NCBI RefSeq assembly: GCF_003334305.1
Contig: NZ_QOWS01000004.1
Direction: 5' to 3' (one strand)
DNA length: 64,000 nucleotides
DNA from: Escherichia coli
GTDB taxonomy: Bacteria > Pseudomonadota > Gammaproteobacteria > Enterobacterales > Enterobacteriaceae
Shown piece after piece: positions 22,394-33,674 of the stretch. Numbering within the stretch: the stretch's first letter is position 1; each line of letters starts with the position of its first letter. Both the position numbers and the translations under genes were made by a program. The notes under the pieces were generated by a model. It ran no database searches. It saw only the letters and a list, made by a program, of their open reading frames with translations, and was not told the origin of the DNA.

Positions 22394-23545
22394 TTACCAG
22401 GCGGTATGGTAAAGCTCTACAATATCCTCAAGCGTTGCTTCACGCGGGTTGCCACCGGTACAAACATCATCCAGTGCCGCCTGCGCCAGTGCCGGAATGT
22501 CTTCCTTGCGTACACCAACATCACGCAAATGTGGCGGAATACCGACATCACGGTTGAGAGCAAACACCGCTTCAACAGCGGCATTACGCGCCTCTTCCAG
22601 GCTCATACCTTCCACTTTCACGCCCATAACGCGCGCGATATCGCGGTACTTCTCACCGGTAAAGTCAGCGTTATAGCGCATGACATGCGGTAACAGGATG
22701 GCGTTCGCAACACCGTGTGGAGTGTTGTAAAACGCGCCCAGTGGATGCGCCATACCATGCACCAACCCTAACCCAACATTCGAGAAGCCCATACCCGCAA
22801 CATACTGCCCGAGCGCCATTTCTTCTCCGGCATCCTTATCACCAGCAACCGATCCTCGCAGCGCCCCAGCAATGATTTCAATCGCTTTAATGTGCAGTGC
22901 ATCGGTTAGTGCCCACGCGCCACGGGTAATATACCCCTCAATAGCATGAGTGAGCGCATCGACACCCGTCGCGGCTTTCAGCGCTGGAGGCATACCATCC
23001 ATCATGTCAGCGTCAATAAACGCCACCTGCGGGATATCATGCGGATCAACGCAAACAAACTTGCGCCGTTTCTCTTCGTCAGTGATCACGTAGTTAATGG
23101 TCACTTCTGCCGCAGTACCTGCTGTGGTAGGAATTGCCAGAATCGGTACACTGGGTTTATTGGTCGGGGAAAGCCCTTCCAGGCTACGCACATCGGCAAA
23201 CTCCGGGTTGTTGCTGATAATGCCAATCGCTTTACAGGTATCCTGTGGAGAACCACCACCAATAGCGATCAGGTAATCCGCGCCGCTATTCTGGAATACA
23301 CCGAGCCCTTCTTTGACGACAGTAATTGTTGGGTTGGGCACTACGCCGTCGTAAATCGCCCATGCCAGCCCTGCAGCATCCATCTTATCGGTCACTTTCG
23401 CCACCACGCCGCATTGCACCAGCGTTTTATCGGTGACGATCAGCGCCTTCTGATAACCACGGCGTTTCACCTCATCGGTTAAAGCCCCAACAGCACCCCG
23501 ACCAAACCATGCCGTTTCGTTCAGAATCATTCTGTTAGCCATCAT
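22394..23545 (-). CDS. fucO: L-1,2-propanediol oxidoreductase (lactaldehyde reductase)
   Basis: ORF MMANRMILNETAWFGRGAVGALTDEVKRRGYQK..., an iron-containing alcohol dehydrogenase. The true start may be the second Met (23542), giving 382 aa. Confidence 0.95.
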   Translation of the reverse strand: MMANRMILNETAWFGRGAVGALTDEVKRRGYQKALIVTDKTLVQCGVVAKVTDKMDAAGLAWAIYDGVVPNPTITVVKEGLGVFQNSGADYLIAIGGGSPQDTCKAIGIISNNPEFADVRSLEGLSPTNKPSVPILAIPTTAGTAAEVTINYVITDEEKRRKFVCVDPHDIPQVAFIDADMMDGMPPALKAATGVDALTHAIEGYITRGAWALTDALHIKAIEIIAGALRGSVAGDKDAGEEMALGQYVAGMGFSNVGLGLVHGMAHPLGAFYNTPHGVANAILLPHVMRYNADFTGEKYRDIARVMGVKVEGMSLEEARNAAVEAVFALNRDVGIPPHLRDVGVRKEDIPALAQAALDDVCTGGNPREATLEDIVELYHTAW

Positions 23546-23569
23546 CCTTCTCCTTGTTGCTTTACGAAA

Positions 23570-24217
23570 TTACTCTTCAATCCGTAACCCATAGGTTTTG
23601 AATTTCTCCAGCACTACGGCAATCTCTTCATCGCTCAGCACTGGCACCGGGTCCGTAATCGCCAGGGTCGTCAGGTAAAGTTGCGCCAGCACTTCAACTT
23701 CATGCGCCAGCCATAACGCTTTTTCCAGATTCACCTCACAAGCGATAAGCCCATGATGTTGTAACAAAGTTGCCTTACGATTTTTGAGAGCCAGCGCAAC
23801 ATGTTCAGAAAGTTCGCGTGTTCCAAAGGTCGCATAAGGCGCGCAAGGAATAGAATTACCACCTGCCGCCGCAATCATGTAGTGAATAGCGGGGATCGGT
23901 CGGTTAAGAATGGAAACTGCTGTGCAATGAACGGCATGATTGTGAACAACCGCGTTGGCATCCGGTCTGCTTTGATAGGCCGCCATATGGAAACGCCATT
24001 CGCTTGAGGGGAGCTTTCCTTCCTCATGTTTACCGTTGCCATCAATAAAGACAATATGCGACTCCGTCAGTTTTTCATATGGAATGCCTGTAGGCGTAAT
24101 CAGCATCCCATCCTGATAACGTACACTGACGTTCCCCGCTGTCCCCTGGTTCAGTCCCAGGCGGGTCATTTCCAGGCAAGTGTCAATAATCTGACGAGCA
24201 AGTTTATTTCGTTCCAT
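23570..24217 (-). CDS. fucA: L-fuculose-1-phosphate aldolase
   Basis: 215-aa ORF MERNKLARQIIDTCLEMTRLGLNQGTAGNVSVRYQDGMLITPTG... (class II aldolase). Confidence 0.96.
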   Translation of the reverse strand: MERNKLARQIIDTCLEMTRLGLNQGTAGNVSVRYQDGMLITPTGIPYEKLTESHIVFIDGNGKHEEGKLPSSEWRFHMAAYQSRPDANAVVHNHAVHCTAVSILNRPIPAIHYMIAAAGGNSIPCAPYATFGTRELSEHVALALKNRKATLLQHHGLIACEVNLEKALWLAHEVEVLAQLYLTTLAITDPVPVLSDEEIAVVLEKFKTYGLRIEE

Positions 24218-24402
24218 TAGCTACCTCTCTCTGATTCAAAACAGGGCAATAATGTTGTTCCTTTCACACTATTGAATTAGCCGTTTAATTACCCACCATC
24301 TTCTTCCTGATTAACAAGAAAGAAATTCACAAGCTTATATTTTGTGACCTGGTTCAACTAATCACAGTAAATAACTGCAAGTTCTCTTTTTATAACCCCA
24401 TT

Positions 24403-24545
24403 AAAAATGACCGCTCTTAAAAATATTTATCAAAACGGTCATTTTTCTATTCACCCAAGCCAGGAATGCCCGTTTTCGGCATAAACAATTAATACGGTCA
24501 TCTGGTTTGTGTTTTTTATGATTTATTTTCTGAAACGGGCATGAA
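24403..24545. promoter_or_regulatory. Array of five CGG(T/G)CAT heptamers in the fucA/fucP divergent control region (candidate FucR operator sites)
   Basis: atgaccg (24407-13), cggtcat (24436-42), atgcccg (24466-72), cggtcat (24495-501) and cgggcat (24536-42). The first two form a 10-bp inverted repeat, AAAATGACCG-N20-CGGTCATTTT. Confidence 0.5.
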
Positions 24546-24559
24546 ATTTCGATTATTAA

Positions 24560-24575
24560 AGTGATGGTAGTCACA
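24560..24575. promoter_or_regulatory. CRP-binding-site-like sequence upstream of fucPIKUR
   Basis: aGTGAtggtagTCACa matches the TGTGA-N6-TCACA consensus at 9/10 positions, ~190 bp upstream of the fucP ATG. A weaker site, tTGTGAcctggtTCAAc, lies at 24342-24358. Confidence 0.55.
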
Positions 24576-24763
24576 TAAAGTCACCTTCCAGCTAATAAGT
24601 GTGACCGCCGTCATATTACAGAGCGTTTTTTATTTGAAAATGAATCCATGAGTTCATTTCAGACAGGCAAATATTCACTGATATGAAGCCCGAACTCGCT
24701 GGTTTTGCACTTTTGAAAACATAACCGATTACGTGCTTAAGCTTCTGAACCTAAGAGGATGCT

Positions 24764-26080
24764 ATGGGAAACACATCAATACAAACGCAGAGTTACCGTG
24801 CGGTAGATAAAGATGCAGGGCAAAGCAGAAGTTACATTATTCCATTCGCGCTGCTGTGCTCACTGTTTTTTCTTTGGGCGGTAGCCAATAACCTTAACGA
24901 CATTTTATTACCTCAATTCCAGCAGGCTTTTACGCTGACAAATTTCCAGGCTGGCCTGATCCAATCGGCCTTTTACTTTGGTTATTTCATTATCCCAATC
25001 CCTGCTGGGATATTGATGAAAAAACTCAGCTATAAAGCAGGGATTATTACCGGATTATTTTTATATGCCTTGGGCGCTGCATTATTCTGGCCCGCTGCAG
25101 AAATAATGAACTACACCTTATTTTTAGTTGGCCTATTTATTATTGCAGCCGGATTAGGTTGTCTGGAAACTGCCGCAAACCCTTTTGTTACGGTATTAGG
25201 GCCAGAAAGCAGTGGTCACTTCCGCTTAAATCTTGCGCAAACATTTAACTCGTTTGGCGCAATTATCGCGGTTGTCTTTGGGCAAAGTCTTATTTTGTCT
25301 AACGTGCCACATCAATCGCAAGACGTTCTCGATAAAATGTCTCCAGAGCAATTGAGTGCGTATAAACACAGCCTGGTATTATCGGTACAGACACCTTATA
25401 TGATCATCGTGGCTATCGTGTTACTGGTCGCCCTGCTGATCATGCTGACGAAATTCCCGGCATTGCAGAGTGATAATCACAGTGACGCCAAACAAGGATC
25501 GTTCTCCGCATCGCTTTCTCGTCTGGCGCGTATTCGTCACTGGCGCTGGGCGGTATTAGCGCAATTCTGCTATGTCGGCGCACAAACGGCCTGCTGGAGC
25601 TATTTGATTCGCTACGCTGTAGAAGAAATTCCAGGTATGACTGCCGGCTTTGCCGCTAACTATTTAACCGGAACCATGGTGTGCTTCTTTATTGGTCGTT
25701 TCACCGGTACCTGGCTCATCAGTCGCTTCGCACCACACAAAGTCCTGGCCGCCTACGCATTAATCGCTATGGCACTGTGCCTGATCTCAGCCTTCGCTGG
25801 CGGTCATGTGGGCTTAATAGCCCTGACTTTATGCAGCGCCTTTATGTCGATTCAGTACCCAACAATCTTCTCGCTGGGCATTAAGAATCTCGGCCAGGAC
25901 ACCAAATACGGTTCGTCCTTCATCGTTATGACCATTATTGGCGGCGGTATTGTCACTCCGGTCATGGGTTTTGTCAGTGACGCGGCGGGCAACATCCCCA
26001 CTGCTGAACTGATCCCCGCACTCTGCTTCGCGGTCATCTTTATCTTTGCCCGTTTCCGTTCTCAAACGGCAACTAACTGA
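24764..26080 (+). CDS. fucP: L-fucose:H+ symporter (MFS)
   Basis: 438-aa hydrophobic ORF MGNTSIQTQSYRAVDKDAGQSRSYIIPFALLCSLFFLWAVANNLNDILLPQFQQAF...; RBS aggatg precedes the ATG. Confidence 0.96.
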   Translation: MGNTSIQTQSYRAVDKDAGQSRSYIIPFALLCSLFFLWAVANNLNDILLPQFQQAFTLTNFQAGLIQSAFYFGYFIIPIPAGILMKKLSYKAGIITGLFLYALGAALFWPAAEIMNYTLFLVGLFIIAAGLGCLETAANPFVTVLGPESSGHFRLNLAQTFNSFGAIIAVVFGQSLILSNVPHQSQDVLDKMSPEQLSAYKHSLVLSVQTPYMIIVAIVLLVALLIMLTKFPALQSDNHSDAKQGSFSASLSRLARIRHWRWAVLAQFCYVGAQTACWSYLIRYAVEEIPGMTAGFAANYLTGTMVCFFIGRFTGTWLISRFAPHKVLAAYALIAMALCLISAFAGGHVGLIALTLCSAFMSIQYPTIFSLGIKNLGQDTKYGSSFIVMTIIGGGIVTPVMGFVSDAAGNIPTAELIPALCFAVIFIFARFRSQTATN

Positions 26081-26112
26081 ACATATTTTCCGAATAAAGT
26101 GAGGAATCTGTA

Positions 26113-27888
26113 ATGAAAAAAATCAGCTTACCGAAAATTGGTATCCGCCCGGTTATTGACGGTCGTCGCATGGGTGTTCGTGAGTCGCTTGAAGAACAAA
26201 CAATGAATATGGCGAAAGCTACGGCCGCACTGCTGACCGAGAAACTGCGCCATGCCTGCGGAGCTGCCGTCGAGTGTGTCATTTCCGATACCTGTATCGC
26301 GGGTATGGCTGAAGCCGCTGCTTGCGAAGAAAAATTCAGCAGCCAGAATGTAGGCCTCACCATTACGGTAACGCCTTGCTGGTGCTATGGCAGTGAAACC
26401 ATCGACATGGATCCAACCCGCCCGAAAGCCATTTGGGGCTTTAACGGCACTGAACGTCCCGGCGCTGTTTACCTGGCAGCGGCTCTGGCAGCTCACAGCC
26501 AGAAAGGCATCCCGGCATTCTCCATTTACGGTCATGACGTTCAGGATGCCGATGACACATCGATTCCTGCCGATGTTGAAGAAAAACTGCTGCGCTTTGC
26601 CCGCGCCGGTTTGGCCGTCGCCAGCATGAAAGGTAAAAGCTATCTGTCGCTGGGCGGCGTTTCGATGGGTATCGCCGGTTCCATCGTTGATCACAACTTC
26701 TTTGAATCCTGGCTGGGAATGAAAGTCCAGGCGGTGGATATGACCGAACTGCGTCGCCGTATCGATCAGAAGATTTACGACGAAGCCGAACTGGAAATGG
26801 CACTGGCCTGGGCTGATAAAAACTTCCGCTATGGCGAAGATGAAAATAACAAACAGTATCAACGCAATGCCGAGCAAAGCCGCGCAGTTCTGCGCGAAAG
26901 TTTACTGATGGCGATGTGTATCCGCGACATGATGCAAGGCAACAGCAAACTGGCCGATATTGGTCGCGTGGAAGAATCACTTGGCTACAACGCCATCGCT
27001 GCGGGCTTCCAGGGGCAACGTCACTGGACCGATCAATATCCCAATGGTGACACCGCCGAAGCGATCCTCAACAGTTCATTTGACTGGAATGGCGTGCGCG
27101 AACCCTTTGTCGTGGCGACCGAAAACGACAGTCTTAACGGCGTGGCAATGCTAATGGGTCACCAGCTCACCGGCACCGCTCAGGTATTTGCCGATGTGCG
27201 TACCTACTGGTCACCAGAAGCAATTGAGCGTGTAACGGGGCATAAACTCGATGGACTGGCAGAACACGGCATCATCCATTTGATCAACTCAGGTTCTGCT
27301 GCGCTGGACGGTTCCTGTAAACAACGCGACAGCGAAGGTAACCCGACGATGAAGCCGCACTGGGAAATCTCTCAGCAAGAGGCTGACGCTTGCCTCGCCG
27401 CTACCGAATGGTGCCCGGCGATCCACGAATACTTCCGTGGCGGCGGTTACTCTTCCCGCTTCCTTACCGAAGGCGGCGTCCCGTTCACCATGACTCGTGT
27501 CAACATCATCAAAGGCCTGGGACCGGTACTGCAAATCGCGGAAGGCTGGAGCGTGGAATTGCCGAAGGATGTGCATGACATCCTCAACAAACGCACCAAC
27601 TCAACCTGGCCAACCACCTGGTTTGCACCGCGCCTCACCGGTAAAGGGCCGTTTACGGATGTGTATTCGGTAATGGCGAACTGGGGCGCTAACCACGGGG
27701 TTCTGACCATCGGCCACGTTGGCGCAGACTTTATCACTCTCGCCTCCATGCTGCGTATCCCGGTATGTATGCACAACGTTGAAGAGACCAAAGTATATCG
27801 TCCTTCTGCCTGGGCCGCGCACGGCATGGATATTGAAGGTCAGGATTACCGCGCTTGCCAGAACTACGGCCCGTTGTACAAGCGTTAA
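26113..27888 (+). CDS. fucI: L-fucose isomerase
   Basis: 591-aa [39 protein letters not shown]...; RBS gaggaa upstream. Confidence 0.96.
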   Translation: MKKISLPKIGIRPVIDGRRMGVRESLEEQTMNMAKATAALLTEKLRHACGAAVECVISDTCIAGMAEAAACEEKFSSQNVGLTITVTPCWCYGSETIDMDPTRPKAIWGFNGTERPGAVYLAAALAAHSQKGIPAFSIYGHDVQDADDTSIPADVEEKLLRFARAGLAVASMKGKSYLSLGGVSMGIAGSIVDHNFFESWLGMKVQAVDMTELRRRIDQKIYDEAELEMALAWADKNFRYGEDENNKQYQRNAEQSRAVLRESLLMAMCIRDMMQGNSKLADIGRVEESLGYNAIAAGFQGQRHWTDQYPNGDTAEAILNSSFDWNGVREPFVVATENDSLNGVAMLMGHQLTGTAQVFADVRTYWSPEAIERVTGHKLDGLAEHGIIHLINSGSAALDGSCKQRDSEGNPTMKPHWEISQQEADACLAATEWCPAIHEYFRGGGYSSRFLTEGGVPFTMTRVNIIKGLGPVLQIAEGWSVELPKDVHDILNKRTNSTWPTTWFAPRLTGKGPFTDVYSVMANWGANHGVLTIGHVGADFITLASMLRIPVCMHNVEETKVYRPSAWAAHGMDIEGQDYRACQNYGPLYKR

Positions 27889-27907
27889 TACATTACTCCC
27901 TGATGTG

Positions 27908-27977
27908 ATGCCCGGTCGCTCCGGCTACCGGGCCTGAACAAGCAAGAGTGGTTAGCCGGATAAGCAATGTTATCCGG
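27908..27977. repeat. REP/BIME-like palindromic units in the fucI-fucK spacer
   Basis: gcccggtcgctccggctaccgggc and gccggataagcaatgttatccggc are two GC-rich imperfect palindromes resembling REP units. Confidence 0.6.
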
Positions 27978-27996
27978 CTATATTGCAGGAGCGATT

Positions 27997-29415
27997 ATGA
28001 AACAAGAAGTTATCCTGGTACTCGACTGTGGCGCGACCAATGTCAGGGCCATCGCGGTTAATCGGCAGGGAAAAATTGTTGCCCGCGCCTCAACGCCTAA
28101 TGCCAGCGATATCGCGATGGAAAACAACACCTGGCACCAGTGGTCTTTAGACGCCATTTTGCAACGCTTTGCTGATTGCTGTCGGCAAATCAATAGTGAA
28201 CTGACTGAATGCCACATCCGCGGTATCGCCGTCACCACCTTTGGTGTGGATGGCGCTCTGGTAGATAAGCAAGGCAATCTGCTCTATCCGATCATTAGCT
28301 GGAAATGTCCGCGAACAGCAGCGGTTATGGACAATATTGAACAGTTGATCTCCGCACAGCGGTTGCAGGCTATTTCTGGCGTCGGAGCCTTTAGTTTCAA
28401 TACGTTATATAAGTTGGTGTGGTTGAAAGAAAATCATCCACAACTGCTGGAACGCGCGCACGCCTGGCTCTTTATTTCGTCGCTGATTAACCACCGTTTA
28501 ACCGGCGAATTCACTACTGATATCACGATGGCCGGAACCAGCCAGATGCTGGATATCCAGCAACGCGATTTCAGTCCGCAAATTTTACAAGCCACCGGTA
28601 TTCCACGCCGACTCTTCCCTCGTCTGGTGGAAGCGGGTGAACAGATTGGTACGCTACAGAACAGCGCCGCAGCAATGCTCGGCTTACCCGTTGGCATACC
28701 GGTGATTTCCGCAGGTCACGATACCCAGTTCGCCCTTTTTGGCGCTGGTGCCGACCAAAATGAACCCGTGCTCTCTTCCGGTACATGGGAAATTTTAATG
28801 GTCCGTAGCGCCCAGGTTGATACTTCGCTGTTAAGTCAGTACGCCGGTTCCACCTGCGAACTGGATAGCCAGGCAGGGTTGTATAACCCAGGTATGCAAT
28901 GGCTGGCATCCGGCGTGCTGGAATGGGTGAGAAAACTGTTCTGGACGGCTGAAACACCCTGGCAAATGTTGATTGAAGAAGCTCGTCTGATCGCGCCTGG
29001 CGCGGATGGCGTAAAAATGCAGTGTGATTTATTGTCGTGTCAGAACGCTGGCTGGCAAGGAGTGACGCTTAATACCACGCGGGGGCATTTCTATCGCGCG
29101 GCGCTGGAAGGGTTAACTGCGCAATTACAGCGCAATCTACAGATGCTGGAAAAAATCGGGCACTTTAAGGCCTCTGAATTATTGTTAGTCGGTGGAGGAA
29201 GTCGCAACACATTGTGGAATCAGATTAAAGCCAATATGCTTGATATTCCGGTAAAAGTTCTCGACGACGCCGAAACGACCGTCGCAGGAGCTGCGCTGTT
29301 CGGTTGGTATGGCGTAGGGGAGTTTAACAGCCCGGAAGAAGCCCGCGCACAGATTCATTATCAGTACCGTTATTTCTACCCGCAAACTGAACCTGAATTT
29401 ATAGAGGAAGTGTGA
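27997..29415 (+). CDS. fucK: L-fuculokinase
   Basis: The ORF track begins at 27967 inside the REP region; the preferred start is the ATG at 27997 ([26 protein letters not shown]...), preceded by the RBS gcaggag. FGGY kinase family. Confidence 0.93.
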
Positions 29416-29416
29416 A

Positions 29417-29839
29417 ATGCTGAAAACAATTTCGCCGTTAATTTCTCCCGAACTATTGAAAGTGCTGGCAGAGATGGGACATGGAGATGAAATTATTTTT
29501 TCCGATGCTCACTTTCCCGCCCATTCGATGGGACCGCAGGTGATCCGCGCTGATGGCCTGTTGGTGAGCGACTTGCTCCAGGCGATTATCCCGTTATTTG
29601 AGCTGGACAGTTATGCCCCGCCGCTGGTGATGATGGCAGCGGTAGAAGGTGACACTCTCGATCCTGAAGTAGAACGACGTTACCGTAATGCGCTTTCACT
29701 ACAAGCCCCGTGTCCTGACATCATCCGCATCAATCGTTTTGCGTTTTATGAACGGGCGCAAAAAGCCTTTGCGATCGTTATCACAGGCGAACGAGCGAAG
29801 TACGGGAATATTCTTTTAAAAAAAGGGGTAACACCGTAA
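29417..29839 (+). CDS. fucU: L-fucose mutarotase
   Basis: 140-aa [42 protein letters not shown]... (RbsD/FucU family). Confidence 0.95.
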
Positions 29840-29896
29840 TCTCATACCGGTACGCCCGCATGACGCGGGCGGTTATCGAATGATGGGGTGAAAAAT

Positions 29897-30628
29897 ATGA
29901 AAGCGGCACGCCAGCAAGCGATAGTCGACCTGCTGCTGAACCATACCAGCCTGACCACGGAAGCTCTCTCTGAACAGCTAAAGGTCAGTAAAGAAACCAT
30001 TCGTCGTGATCTCAATGAATTACAGACGCAGGGTAAAATTCTGCGCAATCATGGACGCGCTAAATATATCCACCGTCAAAATCAAGACAGTGGCGATCCC
30101 TTTCACATCCGGCTGAAAAGCCATTATGCGCATAAAGCAGATATCGCGCGCGAGGCGCTCGCGTGGATTGAAGAAGGGATGGTGATAGCCTTAGACGCCA
30201 GTTCAACTTGCTGGTATCTGGCACGCCAGTTGCCTGACATCAACATTCAGGTCTTCACCAATAGCCATCCGATTTGCCATGAACTCGGTAAACGCGAACG
30301 CATTCAACTGATCAGTTCCGGCGGCACACTTGAGCGCAAATATGGCTGTTACGTCAATCCCTCGCTGATTTCCCAACTTAAATCGCTGGAAATCGATCTG
30401 TTTATTTTTTCTTGTGAAGGGATCGATAGCAGCGGCGCACTGTGGGACTCCAATGCCATCAACGCTGATTACAAATCGATGCTATTAAAACGTGCCGCGC
30501 AATCGTTGTTATTGATTGATAAAAGTAAATTTAATCGTTCAGGGGAAGCCCGCATCGGGCATCTGGATGAGGTAACGCACATTATTTCTGATGAGCGCCA
30601 GGTTGCAACTTCTTTGGTAACAGCCTGA
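29897..30628 (+). CDS. fucR: DeoR-family transcriptional activator of the fuc regulon
   Basis: The ORF track begins at a GTG (29888); the recognised protein begins MKAARQQAIVDLLLNHTSLTTEALSEQLKVSKETIRRDLNEL at the ATG at 29897 (243 aa), with an N-terminal HTH. Confidence 0.93.
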   Translation: MKAARQQAIVDLLLNHTSLTTEALSEQLKVSKETIRRDLNELQTQGKILRNHGRAKYIHRQNQDSGDPFHIRLKSHYAHKADIAREALAWIEEGMVIALDASSTCWYLARQLPDINIQVFTNSHPICHELGKRERIQLISSGGTLERKYGCYVNPSLISQLKSLEIDLFIFSCEGIDSSGALWDSNAINADYKSMLLKRAAQSLLLIDKSKFNRSGEARIGHLDEVTHIISDERQVATSLVTA

Positions 30629-30671
30629 CGGAAAGGGTAGCAGGCCGGAGACGACGCCCCGGCCTTGCCTG

Positions 30672-31772
30672 TTATCGCTCGTCGCGACGACCACCCACCG
30701 CAGCCCAGATGCGGCGGACGTGCACCGTCACTTCTTCGCGATCGTGATACAACTGCCGCGCCTGAATCTGAGCATTTATGCCATGTTCATCAAGCTGTGC
30801 CTGAATATACGCCAGATTGTGTGACACTTCTTCGTAGCGTTTTTTCATCGGCAGTTTGAGGTTGAAAATGGTTTCACGACACCAGCCATTAACCAGCCAC
30901 TGCGCCATCAATGCCGCAACTTTCGCCGGTTTTTCAACCATATCGCATACCATCCAGGAGATATTGCTGCGCGTCGGACGGAATTTGAAACCATCTTCCC
31001 GCAGCCACGTCACCTGTCCGGTATCCATCAGACTTTGCGCCATCGGGCCGTTGTCGACGGAATAAACCCACATGTTGCGCTTCACCAGTTGGTAGGTCCA
31101 GCCGCCAGGGCAAGCGCCTAAATCCACCGCCCACATCCCGTTCGCCAGGCGTTCATCCCACTCATCCGCAGGAATAAACACATGAAATGCCTCTTCCAGT
31201 TTGAGCGTGGAACGACTCGGCGCATCTGCCGGAAATTTCAGGCGCGGAATGCCCATATAGAACGGCGAATTATTGTTGCTGTATGAGTAACCGGTATAGC
31301 AGCAGCCTGGTGCAATAAAGAATACATGCACAACCGGACGCTTCGGCGTTTCATAGTTCGCCAGCACCCCAGCATCGCGCAAGGCAGCGCGTAGCGGAAC
31401 AGTGAATTTACGGCAGAATTTCAGCAACTCTTTGCTTTCGTTGGTATCGGCAACTTCAACACGCAGTTCACCGCCCTTCTCTACTACGCCCTGTAACATG
31501 CCGACAATGGGGGTAATACGATCTTCTGGCGGCAAATGCTGCAGGAGCTCCCCCACCACAAACCACTGGCGGGCAAAAATTAATGAACTGAACGGCAGCT
31601 CACGGATTAACTTATCGCCATCATCAGGTTGATAACATTCATAAATGACATAACCCGCATTCTCTTTCACGCGGGCAAAACCGAAAATTTCCCGCTGGCC
31701 GGCTTTATCGGTAATTTCTGCGGCGCACTCTTTTTCAAAGCCCGGACGGCACAGCAATACAACCTTATTCAT
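30672..31772 (-). CDS. rlmM: 23S rRNA (cytidine2498-2'-O)-methyltransferase RlmM (YgdE)
   Basis: 366-aa [51 protein letters not shown]... with a THUMP-like N-terminus and a methyltransferase fold. Confidence 0.93.
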
Positions 31773-32160
31773 GACTTACGCCCTTGCGCTTTAAACGGAT
31801 AGCACCAACTAACATTAACGCCCAGCCCGCGAGGAAGCTCACGCCGCCAACCGGAGTGACAAACGCCCACAAACGCAGATGGGACAGTGCCAGGCAATAA
31901 AGGCTGCCGCTGAACAGCACCGTGCCTAACGCGAGGAAAACGCTACTCCAGTAAAACCAGATACTGATGCGACGCTGCATTGCCACCGCCAGACCTAAGA
32001 TCGCCAGCGTATGAAACGCCTGGTATTCGAGGCCGGTCTGGATCCAGCCCATCTCAACGGCCCCCATGGTTTTACTTAACACATGCGCGCCAAAAGCGCC
32101 CAGAGCCACAAAAATGAAGCCGCTAATGGCGGCGAAAATCAGCATAAAACGGCTGGTCAT
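31765..32160 (-). CDS. ygdD: Inner membrane protein YgdD (DUF423), function unknown
   Basis: 131-aa hydrophobic [32 protein letters not shown]...; overlaps the rlmM start by 8 nt. Confidence 0.88.
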
Positions 32161-32178
32161 GGTCGTACCCTACGTAAA

Positions 32179-33096
32179 TTATTGTTCATAACGAAAGCGG
32201 AATTTTTCTTGTTCAGCAGCGGCTTTCGCCAGGATCCATTGGCGAAAGGCGGCTATTTTACCCAGTTCTGCCTGGCTGTCATGACAAACCAGATAAAAAG
32301 CGTTTTTACTGACCAGAACATCATTAAACGGGCAAACAAGACGTCCGGCTTCAATTTCAGATTGCGCCATCACGTTATTTGCCAGCGCCACTCCCTGCCC
32401 GTGAATAGCCGCTTGCAGCACCATGGCGCTATGACTAAAAATTGGCCCTTGCTGAACGTTGATATGATTTAACCCCAACTGTCGGGTATATGTCTGCCAG
32501 TCACGGCGTGACGCATCATGTAATAACGTATGTTTAGCCAGATCTTCCGGGGTCTTCAAGGGTTTTTCGCCTGTCAGCAGTAGCGGCGAACACACCGGCA
32601 ATAAATATTCGGCGTACAGTTTTTCCACCCGTAGCCCCGGCCAGTTGCCCCGACCATAAAATATCGCCACATCAACATCATCCGCCAGCTTATCTTCCTG
32701 ACGATCAACCGCCTGGATTCGAACGTCAATTCCCGGATAAGCTGAATTAAAGCTGGAAAGTCGCGGAACCAACCAATGAATGGCGAAACTGGGGAGTAAA
32801 CTGACCGTCAACGCCCCCTTGGCGCTACGGGCCTGGAGTTTACGCGTCGCTTCGGTTAATTGCGAAAATATCTCTTTGATATCGAGGAAATAGCTTTGCC
32901 CTTCCTCGGTCAGCAGGAGTGAACGATTACGGCGGCGGAACAGTTTTAGCCCCAAAAAATCCTCAAGAGACTTGATTTGATGACTTACTGCGGCCTGGGT
33001 CACAAAAAGCTCTTCTGCTGCGCGAGTGAAACTTAAATGGCGTGCTGCGGCATCAAAAACTCGTAAGGCATTTAGCGGTGGTAATCGTTTAGACAT
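32179..33096 (-). CDS. gcvA: LysR-family regulator of the glycine cleavage system, GcvA
   Basis: 305-aa ORF MSKRLPPLNALRVFDAAARHLSFTRAAEELFVTQAAVSHQIKSLE... with an N-terminal LysR HTH. Confidence 0.96.
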   Translation of the reverse strand: MSKRLPPLNALRVFDAAARHLSFTRAAEELFVTQAAVSHQIKSLEDFLGLKLFRRRNRSLLLTEEGQSYFLDIKEIFSQLTEATRKLQARSAKGALTVSLLPSFAIHWLVPRLSSFNSAYPGIDVRIQAVDRQEDKLADDVDVAIFYGRGNWPGLRVEKLYAEYLLPVCSPLLLTGEKPLKTPEDLAKHTLLHDASRRDWQTYTRQLGLNHINVQQGPIFSHSAMVLQAAIHGQGVALANNVMAQSEIEAGRLVCPFNDVLVSKNAFYLVCHDSQAELGKIAAFRQWILAKAAAEQEKFRFRYEQ

Positions 33097-33224
33097 GGCT
33101 TTTAAACTTTGATGTTAAATGAATTTAACAATTAGATCACACTATGTAACCTATTAGTTTTTTTAATCTGAGCCATTATAAATTGTCCGTTGAGCTTCTA
33201 CCAGCAAATACCTATAGTGGCGGC

Positions 33225-33430
33225 ACTTCCTGAGCCGGAACGAAAAGTTTTATCGGAATGCGTGTTCTGGTGAACTTTTGGCTTACGGTTGTGATGTTGT
33301 GTTGTTGTGTTTGCAATTGGTCTGCGATTCAGACCATGGTAGCAAAGCTACCTTTTTTCACTTCCTGTACATTTACCCTGTCTGTCCATAGTGATTAATG
33401 TAGCACCGCCTAATTGCGGTGCTTTTTTTT
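33225..33430 (+). ncRNA. gcvB: GcvB small regulatory RNA
   Basis: No ORF. Begins ACTTCCTGAGCCGGAACG, carries the GU-rich seed tract GTTGTGATGTTGTGTTGTTGTGTTTGC, and ends in the intrinsic terminator gcaccgcctaattgcggtgc + T8. It is divergent from gcvA, the canonical arrangement. Confidence 0.93.
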
Positions 33431-33446
33431 ACCTTGCGATCGCGAA

Positions 33447-33674
33447 TTACTGATCCAGTTCGACCATCTCTTTCACGTCAGTACGGTTGATCTGCTGTTT
33501 GTTGCCATTAGCGTCTTTATACGAAATCATACCGGTATCGTTATCAGTCTGTGGTTTGCCGTCAGAGACGATGGTACGTCCGTCATTGGTGTGCATCACA
33601 TAGTTCGAACCGGAACAGGCGCTCAGGGCAAAAGTCAGCATACAGGCAGAAATAATTGCGGCAGTCTTTTTCAT
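33447..33674 (-). CDS. ygdI: Small lipoprotein YgdI (DUF903)
   Basis: [79 protein letters not shown] with lipobox LSAC. The start is taken at the second Met; the ORF track gives 33677. Confidence 0.88.
   Translation of the reverse strand: MKKTAAIISACMLTFALSACSGSNYVMHTNDGRTIVSDGKPQTDNDTGMISYKDANGNKQQINRTDVKEMVELDQ

Noticed and set aside
26128-26980. Minus-strand ORFs of 249 and 179 aa inside fucI
   Set aside because: They lie antisense to the well-supported fucI coding sequence and have no recognisable protein features; they are typical antisense frames in a highly expressed gene.
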